A stretch of 64,000 nt of DNA from Clostridia bacterium. GTDB taxonomy: Bacteria > Bacillota > Clostridia > TANB77 > CAG-508. This document shows positions 1 to 8,165 of this stretch, one piece after another (positions within the stretch are counted from its first letter, which is position 1; every line of letters begins with the position of its first letter). Where the stretch lies: contig JAAWKZ010000001.1 of NCBI GenBank assembly GCA_022797635.1, positions 31,532 through 95,531 on the forward strand. Reading direction: 5' to 3'. The notes beneath the pieces were generated by a model. The model was given only the letters and a program-made list of their open reading frames with translations, did no database searches and was not told the origin of the DNA. The position numbers were made by a program, and so were the translations under genes.

Positions 1-1
1 A

Positions 2-589
2 GAAGGAGATACAACTTATACTAATAGAACAAAGCAAGAAGAAATAGGAAGTAGTATACAGTTAAAAGATTATACAGAATTTCTTTCGTCCATTAATGCA
101 CCAAATGAACTAAAAAATACTTTAAATGTAAATGGATATAGAAAACTTATTACAGTAGAAGTAAACGGACAACTCATAGATATTTCGTTTTGTGTAGCAA
201 GCTATCAAAACTGTATTTATGAAATGCCAGGATGTGCTAGAACAATTGAAATTAGACCAAGAGACAATCAAATTATAGGAAGAACTTTACTATTACAGGT
301 TAAAAGAGAACTAGAATTAGCTTTTCCAGGATTAAAAGATTCTATTACAAATGCTAATATTTATGAAATTGGAATGGTGGATACTTATGATAAGTATAAA
401 AAAGGATATATTGTTAGTGAAGATGCAGTAGAATTTGAAGAAGCAAATCCAACAGTAGCACAGAAATTAGCCACTATTGTAGAAGAGTTAAAACGAAAAA
501 GACATATGACGTATGTGACACAAACACCGACAGCAGAAAAAATGAAAAGACAAGAAGTTGTAAAAGTTTCAGAAGGTGTAGAGATTTAA
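2..589 (+). CDS. hypothetical protein, 5' end outside the window
   Basis: The frame is open from base 2 with no stop until 589; the tracked ORF begins only at the internal Met 224. No family recognised. Confidence 0.45.
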   Translation, partial: EGDTTYTNRTKQEEIGSSIQLKDYTEFLSSINAPNELKNTLNVNGYRKLITVEVNGQLIDISFCVASYQNCIYEMPGCARTIEIRPRDNQIIGRTLLLQVKRELELAFPGLKDSITNANIYEIGMVDTYDKYKKGYIVSEDAVEFEEANPTVAQKLATIVEELKRKRHMTYVTQTPTAEKMKRQEVVKVSEGVEI

Positions 590-652
590 TTAGTATGAGT
601 GAAAAACATTTAGTGGATTATTTTCAAGATATAAAAAGAAAGAAGAAATATT

Positions 653-1315
653 ATGGAAGAAAAATTAAAAGGATATATTACTGAAAATATATTTCCTTTA
701 TATGAAAGATATTATTCACATGGAATGATACATATAGAAAATGTAATAAAAAGCTGCTTATTTTTAGCTGACTATTATAAACTAAATAAAGATATGGCTT
801 ATGTAATAGGAGCATATCATGACTTAGGACTAAAAGTAGATAGAAAAAGTCATGAAATAGAGTCAGGAAAAATATTAGAACAAGATATAGAATTAAAAAA
901 ATATTTTTCTAAAGAGCAAATTGCGACAATGAAAGTAGCAGTAGAAGACCATAGAGGTTCTAGAAAAGAATGTCCGAGAAATAAATATGGAGAAATTTTA
1001 TCAGATTCAGATAGAGATTTTGATATAGGAATATTAGTTAAAAGACAGTTGTCTACGTCTATAAAAAATTATCCAGAATTTACAACTTTTGAAGAACATT
1101 TTGAGAATTGTTATCAATATATGCTAAAAAGAATAAACCAATCAGGACATTTTAATTTGTGGACCAATAATCCGATATTAATAGAAAAAAGAGCTAAATT
1201 TGAAAAGCAATATTTAGATAAAGAATATGCTAAATCAGTATATAAGGCGGAATATGAAAAGATTTCAAAAGATGGAACTATTGAAAAGATAAAAAATTAT
1301 TATTTAGATTATTAA
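653..1315 (+). CDS. HD-domain phosphohydrolase
   Basis: 220 aa carrying an H..HD metal-binding motif (GAYHDLG). An AAAGAAAG purine run lies upstream. Confidence 0.6.
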   Translation: MEEKLKGYITENIFPLYERYYSHGMIHIENVIKSCLFLADYYKLNKDMAYVIGAYHDLGLKVDRKSHEIESGKILEQDIELKKYFSKEQIATMKVAVEDHRGSRKECPRNKYGEILSDSDRDFDIGILVKRQLSTSIKNYPEFTTFEEHFENCYQYMLKRINQSGHFNLWTNNPILIEKRAKFEKQYLDKEYAKSVYKAEYEKISKDGTIEKIKNYYLDY

Positions 1316-1343
1316 ATATCTTTTATAAAATTCAAAAAAACTC

Positions 1344-1374
1344 TTGACTTGGAGTTGACTTCAAGTGCTATATA
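1344..1374 (+). promoter_or_regulatory. MerR-type promoter (TTGACT-19 bp-TATATA) with a dyad operator in the spacer
   Basis: -35 TTGACT at 1344-1349, a 19-bp spacer containing the imperfect dyad ACTTGGAGT..ACTTCAAGT, and -10 TATATA at 1369-1374. The over-long spacer with an internal dyad is the MerR-family hallmark. Confidence 0.45.
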
Positions 1375-1409
1375 TAAATAGAAACATATGCCACTTGGGA
1401 GGAAGAAAA

Positions 1410-1701
1410 ATGACAATAGCAGAAACTAGTAAAAAATATGATTTAACACCAGATACTCTAAGATATTATGAAAGAATAGGGTTACTAAATGGTGTACCAA
1501 GAACGAAAAATGGAATTAGAGACTATGGCCTTATTGGAAAAAGGAAAGACAACTGTTGCTGCTAGAAAAAAATTATTAGAAGAACAAAGAATAAAATTAC
1601 TAGAAAAGCAGAAAAATATCAATGAAACCATAGAAAGGTTAAACTACAAAGTAGCCTTATATGAAGAAATTGAAAGTGGAAAAAGAAAAGATTTTACTTA
1701 A
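1410..1701 (+). pseudogene. MerR-family transcriptional regulator, disrupted by an internal deletion/frameshift
   Basis: The N-terminal HTH (MTIAETSKKYDLTPDTLRYYERIGLL..RTKNGIRDY) is in frame 1 and stops at 1565. The C-terminal coiled coil (LLEKGKTTVAARKKLLEEQR..LNYKVALYEE) is in frame 2. The roughly 20-aa wing/linker between them is missing. GGGAGG RBS before 1410. Confidence 0.55.
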
Positions 1702-1728
1702 AGAAGTGGAAAAAGAAAGGAAGATTTT

Positions 1729-2610
1729 ATGGAAAAATCAAAAGTTTATTTTACTAAGGAGATTACTCCTGAAAGTGTTGTAAAAATGTATGAGGCGCTA
1801 GGAACAGAATTACCAGGAAAAGTAGCAGTTAAGTTACACTCTGGTGAAAAGGGAAATCAAAACTATTTAAGACCTGAATTTGTCAAAGCAATTATAGAAA
1901 GAGTAAATGGAACAGTCGTAGAATGTAATACTGCTTATGATGGAGCAAGAAACACAACTGAAAGACATGAAAAATTGATGGAAGAACATGGCTGGAGCAA
2001 ATATTTTACAGTAGATATTATGGATGGGGAGGGACCAGATAAGGTATTAGAAATCCCAAATGGAAAAGTTATTCAAAAAGATTATGTAGGAAAGAATATT
2101 GAAAATTATGATTCTATGTTAGTATTATCTCATTTTAAAGGACATCCAATGGGAGGATATGGCGGAGCATTGAAACAATTATCTATTGGTGTAGCGTCAG
2201 GACATGGAAAAAGCTACATTCATTGTGTAGGAAATGAAAATGGAACTTTTGAAGAAATGTTCCATGTGGACCAAAATAAATTTTTAGAGGCAATGGCAGA
2301 TTCCGCATCAGCAGTAGCAAAATATTTTGAAAATAAAATCGTTTATATTAATGTTATGTGTAATATGTCAGTAGACTGTGACTGCTGTGCAGTGGCAGAA
2401 GATCCTTGCATGAAAGATATTGGAATTTTAGCAAGTTTAGATCCAATTGCTATTGACCAAGCTTGTATTGATTTGGTATATAATTCAAAAGATCTAGGAA
2501 GAGACCATTTTGTAGAAAGAGTAGAAAGACAAAATGGAGTTCATACTATTGAAGCAGCAGCTGAACTTGGATTTGGTTCAAGAGAATATGAATTGATTAT
2601 TATAGATTAG
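1729..2610 (+). CDS. DUF362-family Fe-S (Cys-rich) protein
   Basis: 293 aa with a C-terminal MSVDCDCC cysteine cluster and the GHPMGG motif typical of DUF362 proteins; downstream of the MerR gene. Confidence 0.55.
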   Translation: MEKSKVYFTKEITPESVVKMYEALGTELPGKVAVKLHSGEKGNQNYLRPEFVKAIIERVNGTVVECNTAYDGARNTTERHEKLMEEHGWSKYFTVDIMDGEGPDKVLEIPNGKVIQKDYVGKNIENYDSMLVLSHFKGHPMGGYGGALKQLSIGVASGHGKSYIHCVGNENGTFEEMFHVDQNKFLEAMADSASAVAKYFENKIVYINVMCNMSVDCDCCAVAEDPCMKDIGILASLDPIAIDQACIDLVYNSKDLGRDHFVERVERQNGVHTIEAAAELGFGSREYELIIID

Positions 2611-2900
2611 GAGGAATTTGATAATGTTAGAAAAAGTAGAAAGTATTAAAAAGTCTAATCATTTAGTAGAAATTTTATCAAGCAAAAAGGCAAAATATAT
2701 TATTGGAACTATTTTATTAAGTGGAATTGGTATAGCACTTCCTAGAATATTTCACATAATTCTTATGTATCTTTAATTGCAACAATTATTTTAGGAAGAG
2801 TGCTATATAGTGGAATTCTATTGGCAGCTGTTCCTTTTATCACTAAAATGGTAAATGAAAGGTTGAAATTAAAAATTGGGTTACAGCAAATCAAAAGAAT

Positions 2901-3362
2901 ATGAATATTAATGTATCTTTTGAAGAATTTAAAAAAGCATACGGAGGACTTTTTATGTTGGAAGAACTAAAAGAGAGATTACATCAAAGAAAAGCTTCAT
3001 TAATAGTAAAATTTACGAATGGGGAAATAAAAGAATACTATCAAAACAGAATTGAAGACATCAAAGAAATATTGCAAAATGATAAGCAATCTTTAAAAGG
3101 TGCAAGCATAGCAGATAAAGTGATAGGAAAAGTAGTAAGTAGCATTTTAACTGTTGCAGGTGTAAAGGAAATATATGCAGATGTCATGAGCAAATATACT
3201 ATTCCTATATTAGAAAAAAACGGAATTAAGTATGAATATAAAAGTTTAGTAGAATATGTACAAAATAATGATAAAACAGGCATGTGTCCAATGGAAAATA
3301 AATATAAACAAGAGAATGATATTCATAAAATTTATAAAGAAATGGTAGAAGGTAGAATTTAA
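2901..3362 (+). CDS. hypothetical protein
   Basis: 153-aa ORF with no recognisable domain; immediately upstream of the DUF2806-like gene. Confidence 0.4.
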   Translation: MNINVSFEEFKKAYGGLFMLEELKERLHQRKASLIVKFTNGEIKEYYQNRIEDIKEILQNDKQSLKGASIADKVIGKVVSSILTVAGVKEIYADVMSKYTIPILEKNGIKYEYKSLVEYVQNNDKTGMCPMENKYKQENDIHKIYKEMVEGRI

Positions 3363-3491
3363 TTCTATCTTCTTTTTGTATAAATATGGTAAAAACTATT
3401 CCAAAGGAAACAAAAATTTGATATAATGCAAAAGACGAGAATTTAATATTAGGTGAATAAAATTAATCATAATAAATGGAGGAAAAAACAT

Positions 3492-4454
3492 ATGGGAGAA
3501 CTAAAGGGGATTGAAGTTAGTAACATATTAGGATTTGAAGAGCCACTAAGTAAGTTAATAGATGCTATTAGATGTGGTATTGGAAAAGTATATGAACCTA
3601 CACACATAAAGCGAATGGCGAAAGCAAAGGCAAAAGAGATAGAATTAATTGGAGAGGCTGTTACGAGTAATTTAAATTTACCTACAAAATATGATGGAGG
3701 ACAAATCTTAATAGATACCAGCTCAGCAGAAGAATTAATTAAAAGAACTGGAAATAGGGTTTTGTATAGAGAAATAAGAAGACAACAAAATATCGATGCA
3801 GTTGTTGCTGATACATATAAACGATTGGAAAATGAAGAGAAGGTTTCAGCAGAGCCAGTAAATGAAGATTGGCTATTTAAGTTTTTTGATTTTGCTGGAG
3901 ATATAAGCAATGAGCAAATGCAACAACTATGGAGTAAAATATTAGCAGGAGAAATTAAACAGCCAAATACTTATAGCTTAAAATTATTAAATACGTTGAA
4001 AAATATGACTACATATGAAGCTAATTTATTTCAAAAAATCTCAGCATTTAGTATTTATCATGATGAAATACCAGTTATTTCTACTGAAATAGAGTTGCTA
4101 AAGAAGTATGGTTGCGAATGTGATGAACTATTAACTATAGAAGATTGTGGATTAATAAATTTAAATGGATTCACAACACTAAAGGCAGAAAAAGAAGAAA
4201 AAAATACATTACATACAGAAAAAATAGCTATGACTGTTGAAGGATATTTAGACATAGGAGTATATACTTTTTCAGAAAGTGGAAAACAACTATTAAAATT
4301 GATAAAAGAAAATACGAATCTTGAATATACAATAGAAGTAATGAAGATATGGAAAAAACAAAATAATAGTATAAAAGCATATAAAATAGTCAATTTTGAT
4401 GAAAATAATTTAGAGTATGATGATAAAGTAGATTTACTATTAGAGAATAATTGA
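3492..4454 (+). CDS. DUF2806-like protein (accessory/phage-associated family)
   Basis: GGAGG RBS 8 nt before ATG 3492. The central block EDWLFKFFDFAGDISNEQMQQLWSKILAGEIKQPNTYSLKLLNTLKNMTTYEANLFQKI matches my recollection of the DUF2806 signature. Family assignment is from memory. Confidence 0.5.
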   Translation: MGELKGIEVSNILGFEEPLSKLIDAIRCGIGKVYEPTHIKRMAKAKAKEIELIGEAVTSNLNLPTKYDGGQILIDTSSAEELIKRTGNRVLYREIRRQQNIDAVVADTYKRLENEEKVSAEPVNEDWLFKFFDFAGDISNEQMQQLWSKILAGEIKQPNTYSLKLLNTLKNMTTYEANLFQKISAFSIYHDEIPVISTEIELLKKYGCECDELLTIEDCGLINLNGFTTLKAEKEEKNTLHTEKIAMTVEGYLDIGVYTFSESGKQLLKLIKENTNLEYTIEVMKIWKKQNNSIKAYKIVNFDENNLEYDDKVDLLLENN

Positions 4455-4493
4455 TATAAATATTTCTAATAGTGATCAAGAAGGAGAGATATA

Positions 4494-5582
4494 TTGTTAA
4501 AACTAATAAAATTAGAAAAGAAATATGAAAAACAATTAATAGATATGATGGATGAATGGAATAGAACAGGAGAAAAAATAGTACCATATGCTATTAGAAA
4601 AACAGATTATCATAATTTTGATACTTATTTAGACAGTTTAGAAGTAAAGGAAAATAAAGAAGGAATGGTTCCAGATTCAACTTTTTTCTGTCTAGATACA
4701 GATAGAAATATATTTGTAGGAGCTGTGAATATTAGATACCATCTTAATGATTCTTTACTGTTAAATGGTGGGCATATAGGAGATGGAGTTCGACCTTCTG
4801 AAAGAAGAAAAGGATATGCTACAGAAATGATAAAATTAGCTTTAGAAGAATGTAGAAGATTGGGAATTGATAAAGTGCTAATGGTATGTGATAAAGATAA
4901 TATTGGCTCTGCTAGAAGTATACAAAAAAATGGTGGTATTTTAGAAAATGAAGTTCTTATTGATGGAGTATTAGAACAAAGATATTGGATTGATCTAATT
5001 GATAAACAAAGTATCAAAAATGTACTCTTAATTCATGGCTATAATGGTATACCTAAAATTTATAGGTGGTTAGAACAAGAACTTGAAAAATTAGGATATA
5101 ATGTTATTGTACCTAAATTTGAAACAAGAGAAGGTGTTATATACGAAAGTTGGAAAAAGGTACTTAACAATTACAAAAAATATATAAACGAGGAAAGTAT
5201 TTTAGTAGCACATTCTATAGGAAATGAATTTATTATTAAATATTTTAATGAAAATGACTTAAAAGTAAAGCTATATATTAGCTTAGCAGGATTTTCAGAA
5301 TATTTTGAATGGGAAGAGAAAGAAGACTTAAATAGAGCTTGTAAAGAGTTTTTAGTAACTGAAAGCGAATTGAAAAACTTTAGAAATAGATGTACAAAAA
5401 AATATTCAATATATAGTGATAATGACCATATCGTACCATTTAATATATTGCAAAAGTATCCAAAAGATATAGATGCAATTCCAATATTAATAGAAAATAT
5501 TGGACATATGGGAAAGAAAAGTGGACTAGAAGAAATCCCAAAAGTAATAGAAATTATAAAAGAAAATGACTTATATGATTAA
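4494..5582 (+). CDS. fusion protein: N-terminal GNAT acetyltransferase + C-terminal YdeN/RBBP9-type alpha/beta serine hydrolase
   Basis: TTG start with AAGGAGAG RBS. The N-terminal half carries HIGDGVRPSERRKGYATEM...KNGG (GNAT). The C-terminal half carries LLIHGYNG...AHSIGN...YSDNDHIVPF...IENIGHM (Ser_hydrolase family). Confidence 0.6.
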   Translation: MLKLIKLEKKYEKQLIDMMDEWNRTGEKIVPYAIRKTDYHNFDTYLDSLEVKENKEGMVPDSTFFCLDTDRNIFVGAVNIRYHLNDSLLLNGGHIGDGVRPSERRKGYATEMIKLALEECRRLGIDKVLMVCDKDNIGSARSIQKNGGILENEVLIDGVLEQRYWIDLIDKQSIKNVLLIHGYNGIPKIYRWLEQELEKLGYNVIVPKFETREGVIYESWKKVLNNYKKYINEESILVAHSIGNEFIIKYFNENDLKVKLYISLAGFSEYFEWEEKEDLNRACKEFLVTESELKNFRNRCTKKYSIYSDNDHIVPFNILQKYPKDIDAIPILIENIGHMGKKSGLEEIPKVIEIIKENDLYD

Positions 5583-5617
5583 ATTAGTATTCTATAAATA
5601 ATAAATTGGAGGAAACT

Positions 5618-7576
5618 ATGTTCAAAATACATTCAGAGTACCAGCCTACCCGGCGACCAACCCAAAGCAATTGAATATTTATCAAAAGGAATACAAGAAG
5701 GAAAGAAATATCAGACGCTTTTAGGTGTTACAGGCTCACGGAAAAACTTTTACCATGGCAAATATTATTCAAAAAGTGCAAAAGCCGACATTAGTTTTAG
5801 CGCATAATAAAACACTAGCAGGACAGCTTTATAGTGAGTTCAAAGAGTTTTTTCCAGAAAATAATGTGGAATACTTCGTCTCTTACTATGATTATTACCA
5901 ACCAGAAGCGTACATTCCACAGTCTGATACATATATAGAAAAGGATTCATCTGTGAATGATGAAATCGATAAGCTTCGTCACTCAGCAACTGCAGCTCTA
6001 TTTGAAACAAGAGATGTTATTATTGTTGCTTCTGTTTCTTGCATTTATGGTTTAGGAGACCCAGAAGATTATCAAGAATTAAGTATTTCTATTAGACCAG
6101 GCATGCAAATAGAAAGAAATGGTATGCTAAAGAAGTTAGTGAATATGCAATATACAAGAAGTGAATTAGAATTTAAAAGAGGAACTTTTAGAGCCAAAGG
6201 TGATATTGTAGAAATTTATCCAGCAGATGAAAGTGAGACTGCTATACGAGTAGAATTCTGGGGAGAAGAAATCGAAAAAATATCTGAAATTAATCCGTTA
6301 ACAGGCAAGGTAGTAGGAATAAGACAGCATGTTATGATATTTCCTAATTCTCATTATGCAACAACATCAGAAAAGATGAAAAGGGCGATTGTGACAATTG
6401 AACAAGAAATGCAAGAAAGAGTGAAATATTTTAAGGAAAATAACAAATTAATTGAGGCACAAAGAATTGAAGAGAGAACCAATTTTGATATAGAAATGAT
6501 GCAAGAAACTGGATTTTGCCAAGGTATTGAAAACTATTCAAGACATATTAGTGGTAGGGAACCACGGAAGCAGACCATATACATTATTTGACTATTTTCC
6601 AAAGGATTTTTTGTTACTTATTGACGAATCTCACGCAACAGTTCCACAAGTAAGAGCTATGTATAATGGAGATAGAGCAAGAAAGGAATCACTAGTTAAT
6701 TATGGATTTCGTTTGCCATCTGCTTTTGATAATAGACCTTTGAAATTTGAGGAGTTTGAAAAGTTAGTTAATCAAGTGGTTTTTGTAAGTGCTACACCAG
6801 CAGATTATGAAAAAGAACATAGTAAGGAAAATGTAGTAGAACAGATTATTCGTCCTACAGGATTATTAGACCCTAAAATTGAAGTGAAACCTGTAACAAA
6901 TCAAATAGATGATTTAATTGAGCAAATTCGTGAAAGAGTAGAAAAGAAAGAAAGAGTACTAGTAACTACTTTAACCAAGAAAATGGCTGAAGATTTAACT
7001 ACTTACTTAGCAGGAATTGATATTAAAGTAAGATATATGCACTCTGATATCAAAGCTTTAGAAAGAATGGAAATTATCCGCGATTTAAGATTGGGAGAGT
7101 TTGATGTATTAGTTGGTATCAACTTATTAAGAGAAGGATTAGATATTCCAGAAGTTTCACTAGTTGCTATTCTAGATGCAGATAAAGAAGGATTTTTACG
7201 TTCTGAACGTTCTTTAATCCAAACGATTGGACGTGCTGCTAGAAATACAGATGGAAAAGTTATTATGTATGCAGATGAATTAACTGAAAGTATGGAAAAA
7301 GCAATTACAGAAACAAACCGTAGAAGAAAAATTCAACAAGAGTATAACGAAAAGAATGGAATTACACCACAAACGATTCAAAAAGCAATACGAGATACGA
7401 TTAAGGCTAGTTTTGTTGCTGATATCCAGGAGGAATATCAGTTAGATAAAGAAGTAGATACTAAGGAAATTATCAACAAATTAACAGATGAAATGTTAAA
7501 ATATGCACAAGAGATGGAATTCGAAAAAGCTGCAGAGGTAAGAGATAAGATAAAAGAATTAGAAAAAATGTTATAG
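5618..7576 (+). pseudogene. uvrB: excinuclease ABC subunit B (uvrB), interrupted by three +1 single-C insertions
   Basis: Reads as [11 protein letters not shown]|GDQP..LLGVTGS|[10 protein letters not shown]...SGREP|[12 protein letters not shown]... Each junction is an extra C directly before a GG codon (accCggc near 5652, tcaCgga near 5741, ccaCgga near 6563). Deleting the three Cs restores a full-length UvrB. Confidence 0.85.
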
Positions 7577-7586
7577 AATATAATAA

Positions 7587-7618
7587 GATTGCCCCGAGGA
7601 AACTCCTCGGGGCAATCT
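7587..7618. terminator. GC-rich hairpin, bidirectional terminator between uvrB and the convergent GC-rich ORF
   Basis: agattgccccgagga-aa-ctcctcggggcaatct followed by T residues on both strands. Confidence 0.6.
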
Positions 7619-7629
7619 TTCAAAGGGGA

Positions 7630-7950
7630 TTACTTTCCTTCCCAACCAGGCTGCGCATAGGGCAGCGGGACAGGATCTTTGATAGCCTCTTCTGCCTGCT
7701 GCAGGAGCTCGGGATGCATAAGTGCTGCCAGCTCCAGATACTTGCGCGCAACGGTGCCTTCAGCAGCACAAGCCCATGAGACCTTGCAGAGATGCTGCTG
7801 CGGATAGTCCTTTACAGGACCTAAGCGTTGAACGGAAAAGCCCTCGTTGAGGAACTGCCGCTCTTTCCTGGGATAAAGGTTGAAGTTGATGCCAGTGTGT
7901 CCTTCCTTGGAATGACTTTTCATAAAGTCATACAGTGTGGGTTTAGTCAT
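7630..7950 (-). CDS. hypothetical protein encoded in a GC-rich (about 52%) insert
   Basis: 106 aa. GGAGG RBS (tttgaaGGAGGttttcatctATG). Composition is strongly different from the roughly 28% GC flanks. Lies between uvrB and uvrA. Confidence 0.55.
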   Translation of the reverse strand: MTKPTLYDFMKSHSKEGHTGINFNLYPRKERQFLNEGFSVQRLGPVKDYPQQHLCKVSWACAAEGTVARKYLELAALMHPELLQQAEEAIKDPVPLPYAQPGWEGK

Positions 7951-8085
7951 AGATGAAAACCTCCTTCAAAATTTTCAATGCTTGAGTTACTGTTAACAAC
8001 AATAACTATGAAAAAACATTGTAACTTTAATTATACTACAAAATTAATGTTATGTAAATAAGTATAGGAAAATTTTTACAACTTA

Positions 8086-8114
8086 TTGACATTTACGAAC
8101 TATTGTTTTATAAT
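8086..8114 (+). promoter_or_regulatory. uvrA promoter (TTGACA-17-TATAAT) overlapping a candidate LexA/Cheo box CGAACTATTGTTTT
   Basis: Perfect -35/-10 with a 17-bp spacer. GAAC-N4-GTTT at 8097-8108 is one mismatch from the Firmicutes GAAC-N4-GTTC SOS box. Confidence 0.4.
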
Positions 8115-8165
8115 GTAAGAAATTTGAAAACAATAATATATGGAATAAAATGCAGGGGGCAAAAT

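Noticed and set aside
3041-4587. Minus-strand ORFs 3041-3283, 3467-3910, 4058-4393 and 4390-4587, plus many similar antisense ORFs throughout the track (e.g. 9837-10148, 19576-20093, 33897-34976 antisense partners, 61182-61508)
   Set aside because: They lie wholly inside well-supported genes on the opposite strand, have Leu/Ser/Phe/Ile-rich low-complexity translations typical of AT-rich antisense frames, and lack RBSs.
8041-8075. Possible dif-like site (TTATGTAAAT resembles a XerD arm) upstream of uvrA
   Set aside because: Only one arm matches and no complementary XerC arm is present; probably a chance AT-rich match.
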